Part shown: positions 32,357 through 42,929 of the stretch, piece after piece
How the letters are laid out: every line of letters starts with the position of its first letter
How positions within the stretch are numbered: position 1 is the first letter of the stretch
Assembly (NCBI GenBank): GCA_963803975.1
Contig: CAWDOY010000053.1
Coordinates: 89,466-153,465, forward strand
Direction: 5' to 3'
DNA from: an uncultured delta proteobacterium
GTDB lineage: Bacteria > Desulfobacterota > WTBG01 > CAIYCZ01
DNA length: 64,000 bases
The notes under the pieces: model-generated
What the model saw: the letters and a program-made list of their open reading frames with translations, nothing else
Databases searched by the model: none
What the model was told of the DNA's origin: nothing
Translations under genes and position numbers: made by a program

Positions 32357-34698
32357 ATGATAAACAATATAAAAAAGATTGCGGTGATGACCAGCGGCGG
32401 GGACGCTCCGGGCATGAATGCTGTTGTGCGGGGAGTGGTGCGGGCGGCGCTCAACAAAGGCTGGGAAGTGTATGGCATCCGCGACGCATACCGCGGCCTG
32501 GTGGATGGCGGCGAGAGCATCTTCCCCCTGGACTGGGTTGATGTGAGCTGGAGCTTCCGGGAAGGAGGCACCTTTCTGGGGTCGGCGCGCTTTACTGACC
32601 TGGTCGGGGATTCAGAGAACGCCCGGGAACTGAAATTAAAAGTCCTGCTCAATTTGAAAAGCCGCGGTATCACCGGGCTGGTTGTCATCGGCGGGGATGG
32701 CTCGCTGACCGGCGCCGAACAGCTGTGGGCATTTTTCAGGGACAGCAAGGCACCGGTCGCAGGAGCTGCGGGATGCAGAGCTTGCAATCGTGGGTATCCC
32801 CGGCAGTATTGACAATGACATTGCCTTCACCGATATGTCGATCGGTGTTGACACCACCTTGAACACCATCGTGGAGTGCATTGACAAACTCCGGGACACC
32901 GCGACTTCCCACCGCAGGGTCAGCATTGTAGAGGTCATGGGGCGTCTGCGGGGATACCTGGCAGTGATGAGCGGCCTGGCAACCGGAGCGGACCGGGTAT
33001 TTATCCGCGAAGAGAAAACCAGCCAGAGAGAACTGCATACCATGCTCAGCCTGCTGCAGGAAAGCTTCCACCATGGACAGCGTGCAGGGGTTATTATCCG
33101 CTCAGAGGGTGCCGATTGTTCTACCAATTTCCTCAAGGAAACCATTGCCCTGCTTCTTGAGCCTAAACGGGAAGTGCGGGAAACAGTGCTCGGGACATTT
33201 GCAGCGGGGCGGCAACCCCACTGCCTTTGAACGGATTCTGGCGACGAGGATGGGCGTCAAAGCCGTGCAGCTTCTGGCAGACGGCATCAATGAGCCGCAG
33301 ATGACCGGCTTAACTGCCAATACCATTGAGGCTGTTCCCTTGTCCAAAATTCTCAAAAGAATCAGAGAACCAGAATTTCAGGAAGCGTTAAGCCCGAACA
33401 CCCGGAAGGCATTTGTTCTGGGAAGAAAACTGGAGGAGCCGCCCCGCAAAGACGCGTGCGGTACCCGCATCGCCGTATTAACCGATGGCAACAATGTGTC
33501 CGGGATGAATCTCGCAATCCGGTCTCTGGCGCGGCTGGCCATCAATGACGGGATAGACATTGTCGGCATCAAGGGAGGGTTTGCTGGACTGGTTGAGGGC
33601 TCGGAGAGCATGCTGCATCTGTCCTGGAGCATGCTGGAGCTGAAAGGGATTTTGCGGCGGGCCGGTACGCTGCTCGGTGTCTCCTCTAACGGCTTCCCCA
33701 CTGACGGAAAAGATTTTCTCATCATGCGCAAGCAGGTGGAACAGCTCAAAATAGATGGTCTGGTCGCCATCGGCGATGCCAGGACCTATCAATATGCGAA
33801 AAATCTTTCAGCTTTGATTCAGATCCCGGTGGTGGGCATTCCCGCGGCCCTGTGCTGCAACGTGGCGGGCACGGACTGGGTTATCGGGATGGATTCGGCG
33901 CTGAATGATTTGCTCAAAGGCATTGACCGGGCAGCTGATGCAGCACATGTGCAGAAAAAAATAGTAATCATCCATATTAAAGGAGACTATTGCCAATGCC
34001 TGGTACATCTTGCAGGGCTGGCTGCAGGAGCAGAGCTCTTAGTTGTTGAGGACCATGACCGGCAGCGCAACCAGCGTCAGCTGCAGGGCAAACTCCAAGA
34101 GCTGCAGCGAATCATTACGCTGGGAAAAAGTTTTGCGACCGTGATCTTCTTTTCGGAAAATCCTGAAGAAGCCGATGCCCGGCTGCAGTACATCGTGCGC
34201 AGTATCAGGCAGGCCGGTATTACCCTTGAGCCGTCGGTGATTACCCTTGAAACATCCCTCGGCGGAATAGTTCCCACGGCGTTTGACCGGATACTGGCGC
34301 AGCGCCTGGGTGAGCAGGCACTTATTACCCTGCAGCAGAAGATGAGCAGCCGCGACCAGAGCTTTCACACGGTGGGAATTATCGGCAGGGAGATTGCCGC
34401 AACCTCCTCACGGGATATGAGCGACAGTTTCCACTGCGCGTGTTCAGCGCCGTTGATCGATGAGATTTCAGATTGCATTGACCTGATGTCGCTGCCGGGC
34501 AGTGCCTGCACCGGCATGGGGGGGGACATTGACTGGATAGAAACAAGCGATGCCGGCGACTGGCAGGGAATCTGGACCTGCAAGCAGTGCAGCAGCTCGC
34601 AGAACTTTTCCTTTAACCCGAAGCGCATGTTGTGTGTCTATTGCGCCCGGGAGTCCTGCCACAACTACGGGTACATACGCATCTCCCGCCGCCTGTAA
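32357..34698 (+). CDS. pfkA: double-domain 6-phosphofructokinase with Cys-rich C-terminus (two frameshifts)
   Basis: TSGGDAPGMN, GGDGS, PGSIDND, EVMGR, GHLQRGG; second degenerate PFK half (LTDGNNVSGMN, PTAFDRILA); CKQC...C..C tail. Confidence 0.8.
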
Positions 34699-34823
34699 AT
34701 AACAGGCAAAAGGGTTAAGAGATAAAGAGGCAAAAAGGTAAAATGGCTAAGAGATAATGCAACCTCTTAGCCATTTTATTAATTAATAGTTGATGACTAA
34801 TTCAGCTATTGACCTTTTTACTT

Positions 34824-37268
34824 TTACTTAACCATCTGTTTCACCGAGTCAATGCTGTCCTGCAGCAGCTTCCTGGTATAACCCGGGTTGTGGATGCCGT
34901 AGCTGCGGTCATTCACAAAGAGCTTGTAATTGGTGTAGGCGTTTTCAAGGATTTCATCCGGGTCATCAAGGAACGGTACCGTGCCGCCCTTGTGGCACCG
35001 GGCGCACTTGCCCGGCTGATTCGCCGGCAGAAACTCGTGATTGTTTCCCTTGAGCAGGTTGGAGAGTTCGGTGAGCAGCCCCTTCACCTCAGTCTGCACG
35101 TTGTTGCGGTCAAAGCTGGTGAGCCCCGCATGGCAGCCCTGGCACACCGGGATATTCAGCGTGTCATCAGCAGTGCCGGGAATGAGGTCATCCCCGTAGT
35201 CGCGCATGCGCAAGGTGTGCCCGCCTACTTTTCTCACCTTTTGCGCATCCTGGTCGGAGACGTTAGTGCTCATGTGGCACATGACGCACTTGTCTTCTCC
35301 GCGGTGGGGATTTTTCTCCCCTTCAAAGGCTGAATAATTCTCGCCAGGGTAGTGATAGCCGTTGCCGACTTCTCCGGCCATGCCTTCCAGTATTGCATTC
35401 TGCCATTTCTCATAGTGGCAGGTGTCGCAGGCTTTGCCGGGAGAACCGGTCCTCAGGCCAAAGGGGTTTCCCTCGTCAGCGCTGTGTGAATCATGGCACA
35501 CCGAGCAGGAAACATTGGGTGTATCTTTGGGAACTATAGAAAAATCGGTGAACGGATAGCGAAAATCTTTGAACGGCGTGCCTGAATCAATAGCGCCGAT
35601 ATATCCCTTTGTGTAGTGGCAGCGGTAGCATGAGGCGAGCCTGACGCCGCCGGGCTCGTGGTAGCCGAAGGGCAGGGCGTTGGTGTGCATGGCCTTCTGC
35701 GTTTCCGCAAACTCTCCATGGCACTGGCCGCATACCCCGGACCAGTAATTGACTGACAGCGTGGGATTACCGGAGCCGGCCACATGAATGCTTCCCTGAC
35801 CGTGGCAGGTCTGGCACGCTGCTGCGCCATTCGCGGCATGCGCTGTTGCCGCATACCCCAGGGCTTTATCTGAATGGCAGGCGGCGCAGCTTTGTGCGTC
35901 TGCCGCTGCTGCCACTGTTATCTCAAGGCTTTGCGGCGGGCTTTGCAGTCCCCCATTATCGGTAATGGTGAGCGTGGCGGTATAGGTGTCGCCGGGCTGC
36001 GCGCCCTGGGGAACCTGAAATAAAACATTTTCTGTGGTGGCTGAAGGGTTCAGCAGCGACGAAACGTCAGTGCCGTTTTTATCCGCAAGGCTCCAGGCAA
36101 AGCCAAAGATGGCGGCGCGGAAGCTGCCGTTCTTGTTTCCATATACATCAAAGACCGGGGCCCCGGGGTTGAATTCTTCGGGAGACGGCGTATTCAGGTC
36201 AAGGCCAAAACCGCGCAGGTAGACTGTGGATCCCGCAGTGACCGATGATGCTCCGGACGTTGTTGCCAGCAGCACGCCCTGATCAATAAGGGGCAGTTCG
36301 GTCGGTCCGGGAATAACCGATGGAACCGCTTCCGGCGGCACATTTTCTGCCTCAAATGAGATTGAGCCACGGCGCGTGGCGCCATTTGCGTCCACGGCAA
36401 AGACCGTGACCGTGTACTGGCCCAGCTGCGGGACCGTAAAATAATAGGTGCTTCCCGCCGGCTCGCCAAAATAGCCTTCCTCACCCTGAGGCACTGCGCC
36501 GGCCGGCTGCTGCTCCTTGACCCAGAAGAACTCGGTAAAAGTTGATGCGTTCTCGGCATCGAAATAATAACCGGCCGGTGCGGTGTACGGCTTTTCCGGA
36601 CGGGGAATTGTCACCTGAATGGGGTCCGGCAGCGCCTGCGGTATTTCAAGGACGAAATTCTGCAGCTTAAATTTTCCGGCGACTGCTGTTATATCAAGCA
36701 GGTTGCTGCGCCGGTAGCCGTCTTTACACGCAACCACCGTGTAGGCCCCTTCATCAACATTATCCAGAACAAAGTAGCCAAAGCTGTTGGTCGTCGTGAA
36801 GGAGACGGTTTTAAGTGCATTGTCCTGGTTCCTTAAAAGGATTACCGATGCCCCCGCCAGCGGCCGGCGCAGAAACGGCAGCAGCTTACCGGGCTCGCGC
36901 ACAAACCCCCGGATAACGGCTTTTTTCTTCAGCGGTGCAATTGCTGTTGTTTCTTCGTTTGCGCGCACTATCACAAACGCGGTCTCCCGTAAAATGTATC
37001 CGCTGCACTTGACCGTGAGCTGGTAATTTCTGAAGGGCGTTATCTTCTCTATTACCGCCTCGCCCTGCGCGTTGCTGGTGCCGGAATAATTATTCGGGGT
37101 GACCAGTATCGTGGCTCCCGACAGCGGTTTGCCGGTGTAGAAGTCTTTGACCTGGACCTTCAGGCTGCCCAGATAATTCTGGGCTGCACCGGGAGAGCTG
37201 TTAAAACAGATGAACATGAAAGGTACGAGCAGCATTACCGTACTGTGGATGAATCTTTTTCCGCGCAT
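34824..37268 (-). CDS. secreted nonaheme cytochrome c with N-terminal beta-sandwich (carboxypeptidase-regulatory/PKD-like) domains
   Basis: Signal peptide; nine CxxCH (CAACH, CQTCH, CGQCH, CYRCH, CSVCH, CDTCH, CVMCH, CQGCH, CARCH); D.S.GIHNP.Y C-terminus. Confidence 0.88.
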   Translation of the reverse strand: MRGKRFIHSTVMLLVPFMFICFNSSPGAAQNYLGSLKVQVKDFYTGKPLSGATILVTPNNYSGTSNAQGEAVIEKITPFRNYQLTVKCSGYILRETAFVIVRANEETTAIAPLKKKAVIRGFVREPGKLLPFLRRPLAGASVILLRNQDNALKTVSFTTTNSFGYFVLDNVDEGAYTVVACKDGYRRSNLLDITAVAGKFKLQNFVLEIPQALPDPIQVTIPRPEKPYTAPAGYYFDAENASTFTEFFWVKEQQPAGAVPQGEEGYFGEPAGSTYYFTVPQLGQYTVTVFAVDANGATRRGSISFEAENVPPEAVPSVIPGPTELPLIDQGVLLATTSGASSVTAGSTVYLRGFGLDLNTPSPEEFNPGAPVFDVYGNKNGSFRAAIFGFAWSLADKNGTDVSSLLNPSATTENVLFQVPQGAQPGDTYTATLTITDNGGLQSPPQSLEITVAAAADAQSCAACHSDKALGYAATAHAANGAAACQTCHGQGSIHVAGSGNPTLSVNYWSGVCGQCHGEFAETQKAMHTNALPFGYHEPGGVRLASCYRCHYTKGYIGAIDSGTPFKDFRYPFTDFSIVPKDTPNVSCSVCHDSHSADEGNPFGLRTGSPGKACDTCHYEKWQNAILEGMAGEVGNGYHYPGENYSAFEGEKNPHRGEDKCVMCHMSTNVSDQDAQKVRKVGGHTLRMRDYGDDLIPGTADDTLNIPVCQGCHAGLTSFDRNNVQTEVKGLLTELSNLLKGNNHEFLPANQPGKCARCHKGGTVPFLDDPDEILENAYTNYKLFVNDRSYGIHNPGYTRKLLQDSIDSVKQMVK

Positions 37269-37383
37269 AGTTTTCTCCTTGAATTTAAGTAGTGTGCGTA
37301 TTTGATGCTTGATATATTGTGTAAACAGGTAAGGCTATAGATTATATACTGTTACTTACCCCTTGGCCCTCGAACCCTTCTCT

Positions 37384-37710
37384 TTACGACCGTATCATCA
37401 CCAGCAGCATCTTAAACTGCTTTACTGCCTGCAGCGCATGGGGCTCGTTCGCCGGCATGATAATCATCTCCCCGGCTTTAACCGCTGCCGGGCTGCCGGC
37501 AATAGTAATTTTTGCCTCCCCGTCCAGGATGTAAACAAGGGCATCAAACGGGGCAGTGTGCTCGCTCAGTCCCTGCCCCTGGGAAAAGGCAAAGAGCGTC
37601 ACCGTGCCGGTATCTTTGCGCAGTATCTCCCTGCTCACTACCGAGCCGGCCTGATACTCGATAGAGTCTGCCAGGGGTATTGCCGTGCTGTGCAGCTCTG
37701 AAAGGGGCAT
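37384..37710 (-). CDS. cupin-domain protein
   Basis: GQGLSEHTAPFDA, MPANEPHAL. Confidence 0.9.
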   Translation of the reverse strand: MPLSELHSTAIPLADSIEYQAGSVVSREILRKDTGTVTLFAFSQGQGLSEHTAPFDALVYILDGEAKITIAGSPAAVKAGEMIIMPANEPHALQAVKQFKMLLVMIRS

Positions 37711-37740
37711 GGTACACCTCCAATTAAAAGTTCATCTCTT

Positions 37741-37864
37741 GAGACTGTTGAAAAACACCCATCTGCTGTGTTGCGCTCATCCTTCGTCATTGCGACGTAC
37801 TGTAACGTAGCCTCATTCCTCACGAGTTCGCGCGCCTTGCATCCGGATGTTTTTGACCAGCCGG
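37741..37864 (-). repeat. MITE-like repeat, copy 3 (inverted orientation)
   Basis: Reverse complement of 6087-6211. Confidence 0.85.
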
Positions 37865-37940
37865 GAAAAACAATAACCTGATGGAGATCAAAATTTACTA
37901 TTAAACTGCGGGAAGCCCCGTCAGCTCATGGGTGATGTGG

Positions 37941-38414
37941 CTACATTTCAGCCATATACATTTTTTCATAGAGATCCTCAAGCCGGGCAAGGTGGCCTGA
38001 CTCATCCCTATGCAATCTCATAAACATCGGGGCCATCGGAGCGCCCTCACACTGGGTCGCCATCTTTTCGTAAAACTCCACCGAGCGCTTTTCTTCATGA
38101 ATAGCATAAATCAAAACATCCTGCGGCGTTGAATTTTCATGGAGCGGCTTTTCCTTGAGAAACAGGGCAAGCTTCATAACCGGTTTATTATCCTGCCCGG
38201 GGTCGTGGAGCGCGACCGTTTCCTCGAAGAAAGCTTTTTCCAGAAGAAACTTATGCTCAAGCTCTTCCAGCGCCAGTTCTCTGATCAGTTGCCGCGCGCT
38301 GCGGTCATGAGAAAGTTTGTATGCCCTGAGATAGGTGGTAAAGCTCTGCTGCTCTACTTCGATGGCTTTTGTCAAAGCAGCCTCCTTTGTGTAGCAGACT
38401 TCCTCTTGTCCCAT
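37941..38414 (-). CDS. ferritin-like (rubrerythrin-like) diiron protein
   Basis: AIEVE..LEELEH and AIHEE..FY..DESGH motifs. Confidence 0.85.
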   Translation of the reverse strand: MGQEEVCYTKEAALTKAIEVEQQSFTTYLRAYKLSHDRSARQLIRELALEELEHKFLLEKAFFEETVALHDPGQDNKPVMKLALFLKEKPLHENSTPQDVLIYAIHEEKRSVEFYEKMATQCEGAPMAPMFMRLHRDESGHLARLEDLYEKMYMAEM

Positions 38415-38447
38415 CGAACGGCCTCCCTGAAAGGTTGATAGTCTTAT

Positions 38448-39097
38448 TCAGAACCCGAGCCAGGTTGTTACCTCATCCACCGGCACGCGAATTCTTTTAA
38501 AGGTGTTGAGCGAAGAACCAACAGCCGGATAGCCGAGGGCCACGCCGCCCAGCAGTTCTCGGTCATCTGCAAGGCCCAGATGCTCCTTTATCTCTTCCTC
38601 GCAGACCACGGTCACTGTCAGCCAGCAGGTACCGAGGCCCTGTGCATATGCTGCGAGCAGAAAATTTTCGAGCGCGGCAGCAGTGCTCAGCCGGTACTGA
38701 TGATCAGTTCTTTTGCGGGTTACAAAGTAGACCCCGACCGGCGCGTCAAAAAATCGCAGGCTTCCCTGAAAGATGTCTTGTGCTTCGATGCCTGCCGTAT
38801 CCCCTGCCGCATGAGGGCGGCAAAAATCTCCTGCTGCCGTATGGCAAGGGGTTCGGGCATGTTATCAAATGCAGTGCTTTCCTGCATGTGTTCCGCAAAA
38901 TGCTCGAAAATTATTGCGTTTACTTTTTCTAATGCATGGCCGGTCAGAACGATGAATTCCCAGGGCTGCTGGTTGGTGGCGCTGGGCGCCCAGGTTGCTG
39001 CTTCGAGGCACTCTTGAATTATTCCTTTTGGAGGAACTTTCTTTTCAAATGCCCGTATGCTTCTTCTGGATTTGATGACATCTATTGCTTGCAGCAT
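38448..39097 (-). CDS. nitroreductase-family protein (frameshift near 38750)
   Basis: RRSIRAF, APSATNQQPW; ENFLLAAYAQGLGTCW and LGYP in the shifted frame. Confidence 0.85.
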
Positions 39098-39157
39098 AAG
39101 GTTCCGGGGCAGGTTGCATTGTATGGTTACAGTATATGCGCGTTAAAGGATATTTAC

Positions 39158-39171
39158 TTGACTTAGGTCAA
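39158..39171. promoter_or_regulatory. HcpR-type box upstream of nitroreductase
   Basis: TTGACTTAGGTCAA. Confidence 0.8.
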
Positions 39172-39250
39172 GCAGAAGAAATATTCATAAAGATAAAAAG
39201 ATTTATAGGGCCTTTTATCCTTTTTACCTCTGCGCCTTTTAACCTTTTTT

Positions 39251-39939
39251 TTATGCCAGCCGCCGCTCCCCGCTGGCAAGCTCTTCGAGGCCTTCACGGT
39301 CAAGAATTTTTATGCTCCGCTGTCCATCTGACTCTATCAGTTCTTCGGTACTCATCCGGGCGAGAATGCGGCTGAGGGTCTCGGGGATGGTTCCCAGCAG
39401 ACTTGCAAGTTGGGCTTTGGAAATATCAAGCGTAAGGTTATGGATTGGTTTTTTGTTTCGCTCAGGTAGAGGAGGTAGGCGGAAAGCCTGCCCGGGACTT
39501 CCTTCAGAGAGAGGTCTTCAATCAGAGCGCTGAAGCGGCGCAGGCGCCGGGACAGCATGGCAAGCATGTTAAGCGCCAGCGAAGGGTTTTTTTTAATCAG
39601 CTCCACAAAGGCCGACCGCGGGAAAAAAAAGACCCGTGTTTCTTCCATAGCCTCAGCATGAGCAGGAAAATGTTCGCCGGCAAAAACCGGCACCTCTCCG
39701 AACGGCTCCCCGGTTCCCAAAATATGCAGAATCTGTTCTTTGCCCTCATGGGACAGCTTGAACACCTTAACCCGACCGGATGCAACCACATAAAAGCCGT
39801 TGCCATCGTCTCCCTCGGAAAAGATGACCTGACCGCGCCGGTAAAGCTTATTAACGACTATTGAGGCCATCTGCTGGTGATAGTCTGCAGCAAGTCCCTG
39901 GAACAGCGGTATTGCAGAAATCTGTTTTATTATATCCAT
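39251..39939 (-). CDS. hcpR: Crp/Fnr-family regulator, HcpR-like (frameshift near 39450)
   Basis: cNMP-fold (IFSEGD, SGRVKVFK, FGEV); HTH LASLLGTIPETLSR in the shifted frame; divergent from hcp. Confidence 0.85.
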
Positions 39940-39975
39940 AGATTATCCTTAAATTTAAAAAAATAGCACTGATGT

Positions 39976-39989
39976 TTGACCTAAGTCAA
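39976..39989. promoter_or_regulatory. HcpR-type box upstream of hcpR
   Basis: TTGACCTAAGTCAA. Confidence 0.8.
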
Positions 39990-40007
39990 GGTGGATTACA
40001 GGGCAGG

Positions 40008-40120
40008 AGGTAAAAAGGTAAAGAGGTAAAGAGGTAAAGGTAAATAGGTGAATGGGTGAATAGGTGAATGGGGAGTAATGAGTAGCACGAGTGACGAGTC
40101 ACGGAGTCACGAGTCACGGA
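40008..40120. repeat. short 7-8 bp tandem repeats (gaggtaaa, ggtgaat, gagtcac)
   Basis: Direct reading; related tracts at about 34705-34780, 41965-42050, 53490-53548, 55555-55640 and 57715-57825. Confidence 0.7.
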
Positions 40121-40204
40121 AAGAGTTCGGAGCACTATTAGAGATCAGCGGCTTCGGGGTCAGGGAATGGGATGAATCGGTGAACGGGAAAAATTTTGGC
40201 GGTA

Positions 40205-40218
40205 TTGACTTTAGTCAA
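40205..40218. promoter_or_regulatory. HcpR-type box upstream of hcp
   Basis: TTGACTTTAGTCAA, ~100 bp before the hcp start. Confidence 0.8.
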
Positions 40219-40319
40219 GGAGATATTCTCTATTAGCAGTTATACTGTAACTATAACAGGAACAGAACGAGCCACAAAGAGCAATATACGACAACAACTT
40301 TATTAAGGAGGAAATAACA

Positions 40320-41964
40320 ATGGCAGCAACAAGTATGTTTTGTTATCAGTGTGAACAGACGGCAAAGGGCGAAGGATGTACTAAAATCGGCGTGTGCGGC
40401 AAAGAGCCTGATGTGGCAGCGCTTCAGGACCTGCTCATATATGCAGTGAAGGGGCTGTCGCAGGTAGCAGTAGAAGGGCGCAAAGCCGGGGTGAAAGACC
40501 GGGAGGTCAACGTCTTCACGGTACAAGCGCTCTTTTCAACCCTGACCAACGTTGATTTCGATGCGCAGCGATTTGTTGTGCTAATCAATCGCTGTATAGA
40601 ATTGCGCGAAGGCCTGAAGAAAAAAGTGAAAGCTGCCGGAGGCAAGGTAGATTTTGCAGATGGCCCTGCAGCATTCCAGCCGGCAAAAGACCTTGATGGG
40701 CTTGTTGACCAGGGCGCCAAGGTCGGCTTGAAGTCAGACCCCAGCATTGACCCGAACATTCTCTCCCTGCAGCACACCACCCTGTTCGGGATCAAGGGCG
40801 TTGCCGCCTATGCTGATCATGCGCAGATTCTCGGGCAGGAGGATGACGCGGTCTATGCCTACATCCATGAAGGGCTGGCAGCAATGCTTAATAAGAATTT
40901 AGCCCTTAATGACTGGGTAGGACTTGCCCTGAAATGCGGCGAGATAAACATCCGGGCCATGGAACTGCTTGATGCCGGCAACACGGGGACCTACGGGCAT
41001 CCGGTGCCGACCAAGGTTCCCCTGGGAGCTAAAAAGGGCAAAGCCATACTGGTTTCGGGCCATGATCTTAAAGACCTGGAAGAAGCTTCTGAAGCAGACC
41101 GACGGTAAGGGCATCAACGTCTATACACACGGCGAGATGCTGCCGACGCACGCCTATCCCAATCTTAAAAAATATAAACACTTATATGGACATTACGGCA
41201 CCGCCTGGCAGAATCAGGCAAAGGAATTTGCCGACTTCCCCGGCCCGATTGTCATGACCACCAACTGCATTCAGCGGCCAAAGGAATCGTATTTAAACAG
41301 CATTTATACCTGCGGTGTGGTGGGATGGCCCGGTGCAACCCATATCAAGAACCGGGACTTTGCACCGGTCATTAAGAAAGCACAGGAGATGCCGGGATTT
41401 AGCGCTGATACCAATGGCAAGACGGTAACCGTCGGCTTCGGCAGAAACACGGTGATGGGCGTTGCCGGAACCGTAATCGAGGCAGTGAAGAATAAGGCGA
41501 TTCGGCACTTCTTCCTGGTTGCGGGGTGTGACGGCGCGAAGCCGGGGCGCAACTATTATACCGAGTTTGTAGAGAAAGTGCCCAAGGACTGCGTGGTGCT
41601 GACGCTGGCCTGCGGGAAATTCCGCTTCTTTGACAAGGATCTGGGCGACATCGGCGGCATCCCGCGCCTTCTTGACGTGGGCCAGTGCAATGATGCCTAC
41701 TCAGCAGTCCAGATCGCAATGGCTCTTGCCGGAGCATTCAAAGTGGGAGTGAATGAACTGCCGCTGTCGATGATCCTCTCCTGGTATGAGCAGAAGGCTG
41801 CGGCGATACTTCTGTCTTTGCTGCATCTGGGCATTAAGAATATCCGCCTCGGGCCGAGCCTGCCGGCATTTATCACCCCGGCGGTGCTTGATGTGCTGGT
41901 GAAGAACTTTAACATCATGCCTACTTCGACACCGGATCAGGACTTAAAAGCAATTCTTGGGTGA
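40320..41964 (+). CDS. hcp: hybrid cluster protein (hydroxylamine/NO reductase; frameshift near 41085)
   Basis: [49 protein letters not shown]. Confidence 0.95.
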
Positions 41965-42115
41965 ATCGGTAATCGGTGAAGTAGGTGAAGAGGTAAAGAG
42001 GTGAAGAGGTAAAATCCTTTAGCCTTTTTGCCTCTTAGCCTTTTCTCCTTCCTTTGTTTTGAAAAGAAGACAGGAATAAATGGTCTCTCTGAATTAGTGA
42101 GCGGAGTAAAAAGTC

Positions 42116-42847
42116 ATGAAATGTCCCGGCCAGGATACGCGCTACTGGGGGCCGGAGGCGGTCTTTGAAGACAAATGCCCCCGGTGCGGCAGCAGCATCG
42201 AATTCTTCAAGGATGAATCAGCCCGCAAGTGTAAAAAGTGCGGCCATAAAATGATAAATCCGCGGATTGATTTCGGCTGCGCGTCCTACTGCCAGTATGC
42301 TGATCAGTGCCTCGGCGAGCTGCCCCCGGAGCTGCTCGCGCAGCGAAAAGACCTGCTGAAAGACCGGGTGGCGGTTGAGATGAAGCGCTATTTCGGCCAG
42401 GACTTCAAGCGCATCGGCCATGCATCAAAGGTGGCCCGCTATGCAGAGCAGATGGTGAAAGATGAGAAAGGGGACATGGCGGTGGTATTAATTTCCGCCT
42501 ATCTGCACGATATCGGTATCACTGAAGCTGAACGAAAATACCAGAGCAGCGACGCGCACTATCAGGAACAGGAAGGCCCTCCCGTTGCCAGGGATATACT
42601 CAAAAAACTTGGCGCGGAACAGGGCCTGATTGACGAGGTGTGCGATATTGTCGGCCATCATCATCATCCGCGGCCTGAGGAAACGACTAACTTCAGGATT
42701 CTCTATGATGCTGACCTGATCGTGAACCTGGAGGAGAAGCAGAAGGACTCACCTATTGCTGCGGAAAAGCTGGCTGCGATAATTGAGAAGTCTTTTCTTA
42801 CGGAAAGCGGTCGGAAACTGGCGCAGAGCATTTTAAATCCCTCCTGA
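42116..42847 (+). CDS. HD-domain phosphohydrolase with Cys-rich N-terminus
   Basis: CPGQD, CPRC, CKKC; YLHDIG, HHH, YDAD. Confidence 0.85.
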   Translation: MKCPGQDTRYWGPEAVFEDKCPRCGSSIEFFKDESARKCKKCGHKMINPRIDFGCASYCQYADQCLGELPPELLAQRKDLLKDRVAVEMKRYFGQDFKRIGHASKVARYAEQMVKDEKGDMAVVLISAYLHDIGITEAERKYQSSDAHYQEQEGPPVARDILKKLGAEQGLIDEVCDIVGHHHHPRPEETTNFRILYDADLIVNLEEKQKDSPIAAEKLAAIIEKSFLTESGRKLAQSILNPS

Positions 42848-42929
42848 CCTCCCTTTGCAAAGAAAGGTCAGGTAATCCTCCCCATTTTCAAGGGGGAGAT
42901 AGAGGGGGTTTGTTCTGGAGTGAAAAAAC

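Noticed and set aside
42833..42912. tccc/aaagggg-type palindrome (similar at about 6260-6290) as a novel RNA
   Set aside because: It looks like a common short REP-like intergenic palindrome; nothing supports more than that.
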